Assembly: GCA_946408125.1 (NCBI GenBank)
Contig: CAMJQW010000005.1
Coordinates: 2,697-66,696 of the forward strand
DNA length: 64,000 nt
Source: an uncultured Fibrobacter sp.
Lineage (GTDB): Bacteria; Fibrobacterota; Fibrobacteria; Fibrobacterales; Fibrobacteraceae
Reading direction: 5' to 3'
Made by a program: the position numbers and the translations under genes. The stretch's first letter is position 1, and each line of letters opens with the position of its first letter. Shown here piece by piece: positions 1-9,631 of the stretch. The notes beneath the pieces were generated by a model. That model made no database searches and was not told the origin of the DNA. It worked only from the letters and a program-made list of their open reading frames with translations.

Positions 1-1
1 A

Positions 2-343
2 ATGGCCGTAACCCCGCGCGTCGTGATAGTAAAGAATGCCGACGGAACCGTTTCTATCCGCGATGACGGTTACTACGTCACAAACAACTTCGTTATCAAA
101 GATGTTTACACAGAACTTTCTGGCGATACCATCATCGTAGACGTCATCTACCCTGACGGAGCAAACCTACACTCCTACCAGATTAGCGCGCTCACGTTTA
201 CCGTCAGCAAGGAATACACAAACGTCAAATACCTGAGGTACAAAGACGACGATCGTGTAAAGCCTTTGTTCGAGGAAGACGAATTGCTCCCCTGCGCAAG
301 CAGTTCTACTTGCCAGGAGTGCGGAGAAGGTCTCGAATGTTAA
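2..343 (+). CDS. Hypothetical protein, C-terminal part (probably starts upstream of the window)
   Basis: Open frame from the window edge to TAA at 343, followed by a terminator. Cys-rich C-terminus (CASSSTCQECGEGLEC). No family recognised. Confidence 0.6.
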   Translation: MAVTPRVVIVKNADGTVSIRDDGYYVTNNFVIKDVYTELSGDTIIVDVIYPDGANLHSYQISALTFTVSKEYTNVKYLRYKDDDRVKPLFEEDELLPCASSSTCQECGEGLEC

Positions 344-389
344 TCCGCTATATCTCTTAAAGCGAAACGGCAATTATTCTCCTAAGTCC

Positions 390-417
390 GCCCCGCATTT
401 CGTGCGGGGCTTTTTTT
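390..417 (+). terminator. Rho-independent terminator
   Basis: GCCCCGCA-tttcg-TGCGGGGC stem followed by T7. Confidence 0.85.
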
Positions 418-549
418 CGCAGTTCCGTTTTACAATTTCAGTAAGTTTTCCATTTATTGAAAAACACAATCCGTAAACACGAGTTATCAAATCGCGGTTT
501 TCTTCTTAAATACAGCCTTTTTTTTTCGGTTGGAGCCGAATTTCTGTTT

Positions 550-565
550 TGGCACGGGTTTTGCA
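550..565 (+). promoter_or_regulatory. sigma54 (RpoN) -24/-12 promoter of glnK-amtB
   Basis: TGGCACG-GGTT-TTGCA matches the TGGCACG-N4-TTGCW consensus exactly, 44 nt upstream of a P-II gene. Confidence 0.85.
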
Positions 566-609
566 TAGAGTGAAGCGTAACAAGATAACCTCAACCAAAG
601 GATAGGAAC

Positions 610-951
610 ATGAAGCTCGTTACAGCTTACATCCAACCCGAAAGACTAAACCTTGTAAAGCAAGCCCTTTACGAGAAAAACATTTTCAAGATGTCCGTCA
701 CAAACGTTCTGGGTTGCGGCCAGCAGAAGGGTTATAACCAACGCTTCCGCGGTGTCGTTACCGAAGTGAATTTGCTCAAGAAGATTTGCTTGAAGATCGC
801 AGTGAACGACGACTTTGTGCAGCCCTGCATCGACGCGATTATCGCGGGGGCCCGTACCGGCGAAATCGGCGACGGGAAGATTTTCGTCACGAGCCTGGAA
901 CAGTGCATCCGCATCCGCACAGGAGAAACAGGATCGGAGGCGATCGGTTAA
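610..951 (+). CDS. glnK: P-II family nitrogen regulator
   Basis: [20 protein letters not shown] and [12 protein letters not shown] motifs; directly upstream of amtB; AGGA RBS. Confidence 0.95.
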   Translation: MKLVTAYIQPERLNLVKQALYEKNIFKMSVTNVLGCGQQKGYNQRFRGVVTEVNLLKKICLKIAVNDDFVQPCIDAIIAGARTGEIGDGKIFVTSLEQCIRIRTGETGSEAIG

Positions 952-984
952 ACACAAGGGTTTTAAACACAAAGGATTTCAACA

Positions 985-2250
985 ATGAACGAAGTTACAC
1001 AAGTCGTACCTGTCAGCGACGCCATCTTTATGACAGAAAACATCTGGATCATGATTAGCGCCATGCTGGTGTTCATCATGGGCCTCGGATTCGCCTGCGT
1101 GGAAGCGGGCCTCGTGCGAGCCAAGTGCGCGGCAAACGTCGCCTTCAAGAACATCGCGGTTCCCGCCATAGGCATCACGATGTACGCCCTGATCGGTTTC
1201 GGCCTCATGTATCCGGGCACCTTCAACGGCATTCTCGGATTCGCAGGCTTCGGCATCGGCGACTGGGCAAATCCGGCCAGCTTTACCGCAGCCTACAACG
1301 GCCACTTCACGTTGTTTGCTGACTGGCTGTTCCAGGCAATGTTCGCCGCCACCGCAGCTACCATCGTGTCCGGTGCCGTGGCTGAACGCGTGAAGCTCAA
1401 CTCCTTCCTGGTCTTTACCCTCGTCTACGTTGCCATTGTCTACCCCATCGTGGGAAGCTGGACATGGGGCGGCGGCTGGCTCTCGACCATCGGCAAGGCT
1501 GGCTTCCACGACCTCGCCGGTTCTACCCTCGTTCACTCCGTGGGTGGCTGGGCAGCTCTCGCCGGCGTGATGATCCTTGGACCGCGTATCGGTAAGTATG
1601 TGAACGGCAAGGTGCACGCCATCCCGGCGCACAACATTCCGCTCGCAACCGTCGGTGTGTTCATGCTCTGGTTCGGTTGGTGGGGATTCAACGCCGGTTC
1701 CGCTCTCTCCGGCGACCCGAAGGCTACCAGCTGGATCTTGGTGACCACGAACCTCGCCGCTGTTGCAGGCATCATTACCGCAACGCTCACGAGCTGGATC
1801 GTCTCGAAGAAGCCTGACGCCACCATGGCCCTCAACGGATGCCTTGCCGGTCTCGTGGCAATCACTGCCGGTGCCGATGTGGTGACCCCGCTCTCCTCCT
1901 GGATTATCGGTGCCATCGCTGGTGTGCTCGTCGTAGGTGCAGTGTTCATGTTCGACCGCCTTCACTTGGACGACCCGGTCGGTGCGCTCTCCGTCCACCT
2001 GGTGAACGGCGTGTGGGGCACGATTGCCGTGGGTATCTTCGACATGACGGGCGACTACAGCGTTCTCACGCAGCTCGTCGGTGTCGCGGCCTACGCTCTC
2101 CCCTGCTTCGCCAGCGCCAGCCTGATCTTCTACGTCATCAAGAAGACGATGGGCCTGCGTGTCACGGAACGTCAAGAACTCCGCGGTCTCGACCAAAGCG
2201 AACACGGGCAAGAATCCTACAGCGGTTTCCAAATCTTCAGCAACATGTAG
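985..2250 (+). CDS. amtB: Ammonium transporter
   Basis: FQAMFAATAATIVSGAVAER, DLAGSTLVH, WFGWWGFNAGS and DDPVGALSVH motifs; multiple TM helices. Confidence 0.95.
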   Translation: MNEVTQVVPVSDAIFMTENIWIMISAMLVFIMGLGFACVEAGLVRAKCAANVAFKNIAVPAIGITMYALIGFGLMYPGTFNGILGFAGFGIGDWANPASFTAAYNGHFTLFADWLFQAMFAATAATIVSGAVAERVKLNSFLVFTLVYVAIVYPIVGSWTWGGGWLSTIGKAGFHDLAGSTLVHSVGGWAALAGVMILGPRIGKYVNGKVHAIPAHNIPLATVGVFMLWFGWWGFNAGSALSGDPKATSWILVTTNLAAVAGIITATLTSWIVSKKPDATMALNGCLAGLVAITAGADVVTPLSSWIIGAIAGVLVVGAVFMFDRLHLDDPVGALSVHLVNGVWGTIAVGIFDMTGDYSVLTQLVGVAAYALPCFASASLIFYVIKKTMGLRVTERQELRGLDQSEHGQESYSGFQIFSNM

Positions 2251-2282
2251 TCTGGAAGCCCCAAAAGCTCTGCTTTCATACC

Positions 2283-2309
2283 GGAGGTCCCCATGGGGCC
2301 TCCTTTTTT
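2283..2309 (+). terminator. Rho-independent terminator after amtB
   Basis: GGAGGTCCC-cat-GGGGCCTCC stem plus T6. Confidence 0.75.
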
Positions 2310-2454
2310 ATTATAAGCGCCCCATAAACGCCCCTTTTTCCTATGTGCATTTATCACATCGGCCCTTGAATACCGCATTTTGGGGTTCTCAACCAAAAAA
2401 AAATTATGTATATATTGGTTTGTACGGAGATGGATCCTCCTTCAAGGAGAAAAA

Positions 2455-3243
2455 ATGGATAACAATTTCTTTTCGCTCTACAAATGCCCCAAATGCGGAG
2501 AGCACAACAGCCCCGACAGCATTTATTGCGGAGAATGCGGGACCAAGCTGATCAAGACCTGCTTCCATTGCTCGTCCAAGATTCCCGTAAAATCGAAATA
2601 CTGCAACATTTGCGGTTCCCGTTACGAGGAACCCAAGGCCGAAATCCAGGTGGAAGTTCCTGCGCACGTATTCACGATGCCGACCCCGAAGGAAGAGGGC
2701 GGTTACCTCATTGACACCCGCGACCAGCAGAAATACAAGATGGTCAAAATCGGCAATCAGGTCTGGCTCGCCGAAAACTTCAGGTTCTCGGCACAGAATT
2801 CGTTTGCGTATGACGGCAAGAACGACCACGTAGATTCCTATGGACGCCTCTACACCTGGGAAAGCGCCCTCAAGTGCGTACCCACGGGTTGGCGACTTCC
2901 CACCCGCAAGGATTTCAAGGAACTCATGCATTACTGCAAGTCTCTCGGGAAAGGCGATGTCGGCACCATGCTCAAGTCACGCGACCTCTGGAAGACCCAG
3001 GGCATCTTCGGCCCCGGAACTCCCGGCACCGACGCCGTCGGATTCTCCGCCAAGCCTTTCGGGAACAGGACCAGCTCCGGCGTATTCGGATACCTAGGTT
3101 CCTTCGCGTACTTCTGGTGCGCAGACGAAGAGAACGAATCTCGCGCTTACTACAGGCACCTGAGCTACTTCACCGGCATTTTCCAGGAACTGACCTGCAA
3201 GAAGGATTGCGCCTTCAGCGTTAGGCTGATCAAGGATTTATAG
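2455..3243 (+). CDS. Double zinc ribbon + FISUMP (Fib_succ_major) domain protein
   Basis: Four CxxC pairs (CPKC, CGEC, CFHC, CNIC), then D-x-RD...Y...IGNQVWLAENF, YGRLYTW, P-x-GWRLP and FSVRLIKD. Start moved to ATG 2455 behind AAGGAG. Confidence 0.85.
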   Translation: MDNNFFSLYKCPKCGEHNSPDSIYCGECGTKLIKTCFHCSSKIPVKSKYCNICGSRYEEPKAEIQVEVPAHVFTMPTPKEEGGYLIDTRDQQKYKMVKIGNQVWLAENFRFSAQNSFAYDGKNDHVDSYGRLYTWESALKCVPTGWRLPTRKDFKELMHYCKSLGKGDVGTMLKSRDLWKTQGIFGPGTPGTDAVGFSAKPFGNRTSSGVFGYLGSFAYFWCADEENESRAYYRHLSYFTGIFQELTCKKDCAFSVRLIKDL

Positions 3244-3269
3244 AAATTAACAACAAAAAAGGTAGAACC

Positions 3270-3569
3270 ATGCAGATTACAAAACAAGAAAACAATGGAT
3301 CCGTAACGCTCGCCATCGACGGGATTATCGATTCCACCACGGCTCCCCAGTTCGAGGAAGCCATGGTCGAGGCTTGCGGGGCCACCAAGTCCCTGACGCT
3401 CGACTTCGCCAAGGTGGGATTCGTTTCTTCCGCGGCTTTGCGCGTATTGCTCTTCTCCCAAAAGAAGATGAACGCAATCCAGGGAGCCATGAAGCTGATC
3501 AACGTGAACGACACCGTCCGCGAAGTTTTCGAACTCACCGGTTTCGTCAGCGTTCTCAACATTGCCTAG
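3270..3569 (+). CDS. STAS-domain anti-sigma factor antagonist
   Basis: G-x-ID-STTAP, LDF-x-x-V-x-FVSSAALR and VFELTGF STAS motifs. Confidence 0.9.
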   Translation: MQITKQENNGSVTLAIDGIIDSTTAPQFEEAMVEACGATKSLTLDFAKVGFVSSAALRVLLFSQKKMNAIQGAMKLINVNDTVREVFELTGFVSVLNIA

Positions 3570-5630
3570 ATGACTTACCGCAAGTTACCCATCATTACAA
3601 GAAAAATCGTTCTTGTATCGCTCATCACGGGACTCATCCTCTGTTCCGTAGTGTTCTTTGCCGGCTATTGGAGTTTCTCCAAGCATTTCGAGAACCAATA
3701 CGACAAGGATGTCCGTTCCGTGGCGGCGGTTGTCCGGGATTTCTTGCAATCAGACAGCATCTCCGCATACATTGCCCACATTGACTCCGTAAAGGATTCG
3801 CCGAAGAAATCGCTCGATTCCGCCCTGCTCGCCCAATACGAAAGGAACCGCAGGACCCTGCAGTACTTTGTCGACAACTTTAACCTGAACCTGCTTTATG
3901 TGTCCGTCGTAAAGGGGCCCGAATACAAGGACATCACCTACATCTACAATCCGGTTAGCAAGAACGGAAAATGGAAAGAATTCCCGCTCGGCTACCGGGA
4001 AACCTATGTCGAGCCCGATTACAACAAATCCGCAAAGAAAATCTTCGAGGAAGGCGAACCCATCGTCCGGCATACGCTAAAGTCGCGCAGCGGCTCGCAC
4101 ATCACCTCGATGCTCCCGCTCAAGAATGCTGACGGGAAAGTCATCGCCGTCATCGGCATCCAGAAGGACATCCAGGAATACGTAAGCGCGCGCCACCGCT
4201 TCGCAAACTTTGTCGTCGTAGTGGAAACGATTTTCGCACTGCTGGCACTTCTCATCTTCAGTTCGTTCTTCAACAGGAAATTCATAAACCCGATCCTCCT
4301 CGTGACCGAGGAAGCGGCCAAGTTCACGAAAAACGGCGGAAAGCCTTCGGACAAGTTGCTCTCCGTAAACAACCGTGACGAGCTCCAGACCCTCGCGCAC
4401 TCGGTACACCAGATGGAAAGCGATGTCCACAAGTACATAAACAAGCTGACCACGGTGACCGCGGAAAAAGAAAGAATCGAAACGGAGCTCGGCGTCGCGA
4501 CCCGCATCCAGGACGCGATGCTCCCCAAGAAATTCTTCCCGGAAAGGACCGATTTTGAGCTTTTCGCGAGCATGTCCGCCGCAAAGGAAGTCGGAGGAGA
4601 CCTGTACGACTACATCCTTCTAGACGACCAGCACCTGCTCTTTGTCGTGGGCGACGTCTCCGGGAAGGGAATTCCTGCCGCACTGTTCATGGTCGTCGTA
4701 AAGACGCTCTTCCACAGTTACGCAGAACAGGGACTCTCCCCCTCCGAAATTTTTGAAACCACGAACAAGATTATTGTCAAGGGCAACACGCTCGGATACT
4801 TCATCACGAGCTGGCTCGGAATTCTGGACCTCGCCACCGGCGAAATACGGTTCGTGAATGCGGGACACTGCCATCCGGCCGTCTGCCGCAACGGCAAATA
4901 CGAATTTTTAAAGACCAAGGCGAATTTCGTTCTGGGAGGCATGGACAGCATCGCCTACCAGGAACATTCCATCAAGCTCGAACCGGGCGACCAACTGTTC
5001 CTTTACACGGACGGCGTGACGGAAGCGAACCAGAACGGCGGAGAGCTGTTCGGCGAAGCACGTCTGTTCGAAGCACTGAACAGCTGTTGCGGCGCGGTTC
5101 CTGAAGAGACTTGCAAAAACGTACGAAAACATATAGATGAATTTGTGCAGAACGTTGCACAGTTCGACGACATCACTATGCTTGCTGTAAAATTCAATGG
5201 TAAACAACAAAAGAACCTCGGCGAACACCACGAAAAGACCATGGAAGCAAAGCCCGAGAACCAAGCGGCATTCTCCTCGTTCGTTGAAGACATCTTGAAC
5301 AAATACCAGTGTCCGGCCAAGACCAAGACGCAGATCCTGGTCGCCCTGGACGAAATCTACAGCAACATCACCAAATTTTCGGGTGCAAACCAGGTCACGA
5401 TGGACCTTGCCATCCGCGAAGACACCTTCACGGCAACGCTCACCTTCATCGACAACGGCACACCCTACGACCCGCTCCAGAACGACGATCCCGACATTAA
5501 CCTGTCCATTGACGAACGCGGCATCGGGGGGCTTGGAATCTACATCGTGAAAAAGACGATGGACAAGGTCTCGTATAACCGAAAGAACAACTGCAACGTC
5601 TTCAGTATCGAGAAGAAACTGAACGGCTAA
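3570..5630 (+). CDS. Membrane sensor - HAMP - SpoIIE (PP2C) phosphatase - HATPase_c (RsbW-like) fusion
   Basis: Two TM segments, HAMP (DELQTLA), EVGGDLYD, GDVSGKGIPAALFM, YTDGVTEA, QFDDITM; C-terminal DEIYSNI / DNGTPYDP / GGLGIYIV. Confidence 0.9.
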   Translation: MTYRKLPIITRKIVLVSLITGLILCSVVFFAGYWSFSKHFENQYDKDVRSVAAVVRDFLQSDSISAYIAHIDSVKDSPKKSLDSALLAQYERNRRTLQYFVDNFNLNLLYVSVVKGPEYKDITYIYNPVSKNGKWKEFPLGYRETYVEPDYNKSAKKIFEEGEPIVRHTLKSRSGSHITSMLPLKNADGKVIAVIGIQKDIQEYVSARHRFANFVVVVETIFALLALLIFSSFFNRKFINPILLVTEEAAKFTKNGGKPSDKLLSVNNRDELQTLAHSVHQMESDVHKYINKLTTVTAEKERIETELGVATRIQDAMLPKKFFPERTDFELFASMSAAKEVGGDLYDYILLDDQHLLFVVGDVSGKGIPAALFMVVVKTLFHSYAEQGLSPSEIFETTNKIIVKGNTLGYFITSWLGILDLATGEIRFVNAGHCHPAVCRNGKYEFLKTKANFVLGGMDSIAYQEHSIKLEPGDQLFLYTDGVTEANQNGGELFGEARLFEALNSCCGAVPEETCKNVRKHIDEFVQNVAQFDDITMLAVKFNGKQQKNLGEHHEKTMEAKPENQAAFSSFVEDILNKYQCPAKTKTQILVALDEIYSNITKFSGANQVTMDLAIREDTFTATLTFIDNGTPYDPLQNDDPDINLSIDERGIGGLGIYIVKKTMDKVSYNRKNNCNVFSIEKKLNG

Positions 5631-6355
5631 TTTTTTTCGAGGCGCGCGGGCTTCCCTGCCAGATTACGGATCAGCCCGAACAGGGCCGAAAGCTCGTTAC
5701 GCGTCGGATGGATGCGCTGCAAAAGCGTATTCAGGAAGTTATCGCGCCAGGCCTGGTCGTGGTATTGCCCCGTCAGGTAGCGGTCCAGGAATTTCTTGAA
5801 ACTGTCAATCTGCTCAATTGTCGCGGGAGCCGTCTCGCAAGCTCCCTTCGTACCGCGCTTCGCGCGACCTTCGCCATTCGCGAGCGTTCCGCTGCGGCAA
5901 AGTTCGTAGAGGCCCACCGTCACCGCCTGCGCCAGGTTCAAGCTCATGAGGCCCGGCACCGGAATTTCGCACTGGTACGTGCAGGCATTCACTTCTTCGG
6001 TTTCGAGCCCGCAGGATTCGCGCCCGAACACAAGCGCAATCGTCCCGTTTTCGGGAAGGAGTTCGGAGAGCCCGGGCATCATCGTATGCTTGATGGCGGA
6101 CCCGTAAATGCGGCGGCTGAACGCAACTGCGCAGGCACAGTCACCAATCGCGTCTTCGAACTTGTGCACGATGGTCGCCTTGTCCAGGACCTCGTGGCTG
6201 TTCGGGGCGGTATGATAAGAATTCTCGATGACCTTGTCGCGTCTCGGATAAACGATATAAAGTTCATCGAGCGCATAGCAGTGCATCGCACGGGCCACAA
6301 AGCCCACATTGTGCGGATGTTCGGGTTCTACGAGAACAACTCTGAATTTGCGCAT
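5627..6355 (-). CDS. trmJ: TrmJ/LasT-family SPOUT RNA methyltransferase
   Basis: VVLVEPEHPHNVGFVARAM, ALVFGRESCGL and SLNLAQAV motifs. Start placed at ATG 6355. Confidence 0.8.
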   Translation of the reverse strand: MRKFRVVLVEPEHPHNVGFVARAMHCYALDELYIVYPRRDKVIENSYHTAPNSHEVLDKATIVHKFEDAIGDCACAVAFSRRIYGSAIKHTMMPGLSELLPENGTIALVFGRESCGLETEEVNACTYQCEIPVPGLMSLNLAQAVTVGLYELCRSGTLANGEGRAKRGTKGACETAPATIEQIDSFKKFLDRYLTGQYHDQAWRDNFLNTLLQRIHPTRNELSALFGLIRNLAGKPARLEKN

Positions 6356-6357
6356 AA

Positions 6358-7230
6358 CTAAACCTTCCAAGCAAAACCGCGTCCGCGGATTTCATTCTCA
6401 ATCGTCTCGCCGGGGTGAATTTCGGCGCCCGCATAAATGACGCTGTGTTTTACGGTTACGCCGGTAGGCAATCCGACTCCGGATTCTATCACGGGTTCGT
6501 TCGGATCACGACCGAGTTCCTTGAGGCGAGCTTCCACCGCGGCCATCAGGCCCTCGGGTGAGCCCATATCGATCCAGGTGGCGTTCAGCTGTTTCATGTC
6601 CACGAACGGAGCACAACCGCGGGAAATTTCCTGCTTCCAGAATTCACGGATATCGAATTCACCATCCCGAATGCGCGAGAGGGCCGCGTCGCTGTACCAC
6701 GACACACCCGAGAACGTCGCGGCGGCGCCATCTTCGCTTCCAAAGCGGCCCTTGATTCCTGCCAGGCGTCCATCGGCGCCGACGCGGAACGTGTTCACCT
6801 GCGGAAAATCCACCGCCAGGAGGGCGACCTGCGGGCCATCCGGTTGAGCGGCAAGAGCCTGCGCATTGCGCACGAATGCCTGCAAATCAAAATTGCAGTA
6901 GGCATCGCCGTTCATCACCAGGAGTCCACCGCGATAACCTTCGGCATAGATGCGGCGAAGCGGCCCTGCCGTCCCGAGGATTTCGGGCTGTTCCACCCAT
7001 ACCTTCTCGAATCCGAGAGTCTTGCCAGCAGCAACGACCTGCTCGGCCAAGTAATGCGCATTCGCATGCAACCGTACGTTGCCAACCGCACGCGCCTTGC
7101 GCGCCTGCAAATCGAGAATCGAGGCATCCACCACGGGCACGAGCGGCTTGGGAATGTCGTTCGTGAGCGGGCGAAGGCGGGTCCCGAGACCCGCCGCCAG
7201 GATAAGCACATTCAGGGAATCCGATTCCAT
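6358..7230 (-). CDS. Sugar-phosphate nucleotidyltransferase (MurU/NTP_transferase family)
   Basis: LILAAGLGTRLRPLT...PKPLVPV, LGTAG, NGD and WIDMGSP motifs. Confidence 0.85.
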   Translation of the reverse strand: MESDSLNVLILAAGLGTRLRPLTNDIPKPLVPVVDASILDLQARKARAVGNVRLHANAHYLAEQVVAAGKTLGFEKVWVEQPEILGTAGPLRRIYAEGYRGGLLVMNGDAYCNFDLQAFVRNAQALAAQPDGPQVALLAVDFPQVNTFRVGADGRLAGIKGRFGSEDGAAATFSGVSWYSDAALSRIRDGEFDIREFWKQEISRGCAPFVDMKQLNATWIDMGSPEGLMAAVEARLKELGRDPNEPVIESGVGLPTGVTVKHSVIYAGAEIHPGETIENEIRGRGFAWKV

Positions 7231-7235
7231 CCGGA

Positions 7236-7700
7236 CTAGACCATGACGGCGCTAAAGTCGGCTTCGCAAACCAGGGTTTCGCCCTGATAAATCTTGCCGC
7301 TGTACTTGTAGATGGAACGGCGGCACATCGTCATCTCCGCTTTGAGCGTAAGGTCCACGGGAGGAATGACGGCTGCACGGAAGCGGCAGTTTTCCACACC
7401 GGCAAAAGCGGGGCGCTTGCCTGCCACCTGATCCTTCTTGACAATCATCGTGAGGAGTGTCGCGGCCTGGGCCATCGCCTCGATCTGGAGGACGCCCGGC
7501 AAAACGGGATTGCCCGGGAAGTGTCCGTCAAAGAACTTTTCCTTGCCAGACAGATGCCACACGGCCGTAATCTTCGGATTATTCGGCGTCCCGTCGGCAG
7601 CGGGATCGCCACCTTCCTGCAGTTCGACGATTTCATCCACAAAGGCGAAGGGAGCTTTTTGCGGAAGAAGGTTATGGACAAATTCAGAATCGTATTGCAT
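7236..7700 (-). CDS. fabZ: 3-hydroxyacyl-ACP dehydratase
   Basis: LP-x-x-x-PF-x-FVD, FFDGHFPGNPVLPGVLQIEAMAQ motifs; adjacent to lpxC. Confidence 0.9.
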   Translation of the reverse strand: MQYDSEFVHNLLPQKAPFAFVDEIVELQEGGDPAADGTPNNPKITAVWHLSGKEKFFDGHFPGNPVLPGVLQIEAMAQAATLLTMIVKKDQVAGKRPAFAGVENCRFRAAVIPPVDLTLKAEMTMCRRSIYKYSGKIYQGETLVCEADFSAVMV

Positions 7701-8589
7701 AGTTTATCACCTTTTCTATGATTTGACGATGGGCCGCATGGCCCCCATTCAGGATTTCCACGCGAATCTTTGGCAGGGCGGGCCTCACGAACGCAAGGTC
7801 CCCCAACAAATCTAATATCTTATGAAGCGCCGGTTCCTCGCGGACGCGGTATTTTTGGGATTGCACGTCGGCATTCCCCGCTTTTATCAGGAACCCGCAG
7901 CTTTCATCCACGCCGGCAAGGAGGCCGTCCCTCCGGGCCTTTTCATAATCCTGTTCCAGGATGAACGTTCTCGCCTCGAAAATGTTATACAGGTCCTCGC
8001 CAGAATAGACGGACACATCCGCTTCCGAATGGAAAGAATGTGCATCCGGACGGTCCAGGATGTAGGACACCTCGAAAGTCTCGGACGGCGTGATACGAAC
8101 ACAGCCGTAGGCCTTATCCGCATCCGGCCGGCGCAGTTCCCAGGCATCGCGTACGGGAGCGTCGTAGAACGCAAGCTCTTCGGGAACGCCCGCCATATTG
8201 CGGAGGGCATTGAAGAAGCTGATGGCACTGCCGTCCATCATGGGAATCTCGGCGCGGGACAATCCTTCGGAGCAATCCACATCCACGTTGAAGCTGCGGC
8301 CCGGCCACATCAGGAATACCGGAGCCAGGTGTTCCGTACAGGCAAGAGAAAAATCCTTTCCGCCGAGCGGGCCTTCCCCGCCCGACATGTAGAGCGAAGT
8401 GCGCTCGACTGCATACCCCAAATCCATAAAACACTTAGAGGCATCCGTCGAATAGAACGGCCGGCCGGCTATACGCCACTGCACTCGCGATTGATGCTGG
8501 GAATCCTTTTCGCAGACTTCCACGCGCACGCACGCACTTTCGTAGGAAAGCGAGCGGGAACGAAACTCTTTCACCTTGAGCGGACGCAT
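7684..8589 (-). CDS. lpxC: UDP-3-O-acyl-GlcNAc deacetylase (divergent)
   Basis: TEHL, EIPMMDGSA, ARTF, HKILDLLGDL and GGH motifs retained; N-terminal region divergent; lpxD-lpxC-fabZ order. Confidence 0.8.
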   Translation of the reverse strand: MRPLKVKEFRSRSLSYESACVRVEVCEKDSQHQSRVQWRIAGRPFYSTDASKCFMDLGYAVERTSLYMSGGEGPLGGKDFSLACTEHLAPVFLMWPGRSFNVDVDCSEGLSRAEIPMMDGSAISFFNALRNMAGVPEELAFYDAPVRDAWELRRPDADKAYGCVRITPSETFEVSYILDRPDAHSFHSEADVSVYSGEDLYNIFEARTFILEQDYEKARRDGLLAGVDESCGFLIKAGNADVQSQKYRVREEPALHKILDLLGDLAFVRPALPKIRVEILNGGHAAHRQIIEKVINYAIRF

Positions 8590-8602
8590 AACGGATCGGT
8601 TC

Positions 8603-9631
8603 CTAGCGGGTTCCGGACTTTTCGCCGAGCCGCTTCAGGTTTACCATGGCCTTGCGCCACACATTGATGTCTATCGCAGGGAATCCGGATACCATCCTGC
8701 CTGCAGGAATGCTCTTGGTAACACCCGCCTTGGCCGCAATGCGCGCGCCCTTGCCGAGAGTCAGGTGGCCCGCGACCTGCGCGCCTCCCGCGAGTTCCAC
8801 GCCGTCTTCCACGACGACAGAACCCGCAAGGCCCGATTGCGAGGCCATAAAGATATCATCGCCCAAAATGCAGTTGTGCCCCACTTGCACGAACGAATCG
8901 AAATGGCAACGGTTCCCGATGATGGTCGGAGAGACAAATCCGGCAGCGACCACCATGTTCGCGCCGAAGCTGCAGGAATTTCCGATGCGCACGCCCGCAT
9001 AATGCGGCACCATGCGACGCTCGCCCGCATATTCATAAAAACCAAATCCGCGCGAACCGATGACGGAGCCCGCTTGGAAAACGCATTTCTCGCCAATCTC
9101 CACATTCGGGTATATCGTCACGTTCGCTTCAAGCGTACAGTTCGCGCCGACCTTCGCCCCGCGCATCACGACGCATCCGGGGCCGATTACGGAATTCTCG
9201 CCGACATAGCCCTCCACCACCGCACTCGGGTGTACCCGCACGCCAGCGGCGCATCCGGTAACCGCATCCGAACAGCCGGACGCAAAGCGGTTCAGGAATT
9301 CCACCATCGCATGGTATGGCGAATCGACAATGGCAAGGCAGCGCACTCCCGGCAGTTCGGAAGCGAGTCCCGCACATTCCGGCGGGGCAAAGAGCAATCC
9401 CGCCTGCACGCGGGCAAGTACGGAGGATGCGTAACCGTTCGCATGGGTATCGCTCGCCGCGGTCCCTCCAAGCCAGAACGTTACATCGGATGAACCGGAG
9501 CGATCCACAGCGGCAAAACCCGACAGTGCGTAATCATCGCCATTCCATACCAGGGAATCAGCCACACCGGACGCAAGGAACGCACCGGCACGCAGCCAAT
9601 CCAGGACTTCGGATATCGAAACCGGAGACAT
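8603..9631 (-). CDS. lpxD: UDP-3-O-(3-hydroxyacyl)glucosamine N-acyltransferase
   Basis: Hexapeptide repeats, VIGSRGFGF, VQVGHNC, SQSGLAGS and GGAQVAGH. ATG 9631 overlaps the upstream TGA. Confidence 0.88.
   Translation of the reverse strand: MSPVSISEVLDWLRAGAFLASGVADSLVWNGDDYALSGFAAVDRSGSSDVTFWLGGTAASDTHANGYASSVLARVQAGLLFAPPECAGLASELPGVRCLAIVDSPYHAMVEFLNRFASGCSDAVTGCAAGVRVHPSAVVEGYVGENSVIGPGCVVMRGAKVGANCTLEANVTIYPNVEIGEKCVFQAGSVIGSRGFGFYEYAGERRMVPHYAGVRIGNSCSFGANMVVAAGFVSPTIIGNRCHFDSFVQVGHNCILGDDIFMASQSGLAGSVVVEDGVELAGGAQVAGHLTLGKGARIAAKAGVTKSIPAGRMVSGFPAIDINVWRKAMVNLKRLGEKSGTR

Noticed and set aside
430-444. TTAC-N7-GTAA palindrome about 105-120 nt upstream of the sigma54 promoter, as a possible enhancer site
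   Set aside because: Only 4-bp arms in AT-rich DNA, a single copy, and no match to the NtrC consensus.
7236-8589. Possible frameshifted LpxC-FabZ fusion as seen in Bacteroidetes
   Set aside because: fabZ has its own ATG with an AAGGTG RBS and both ORFs appear complete. The 17-nt overlap is ordinary coupling.
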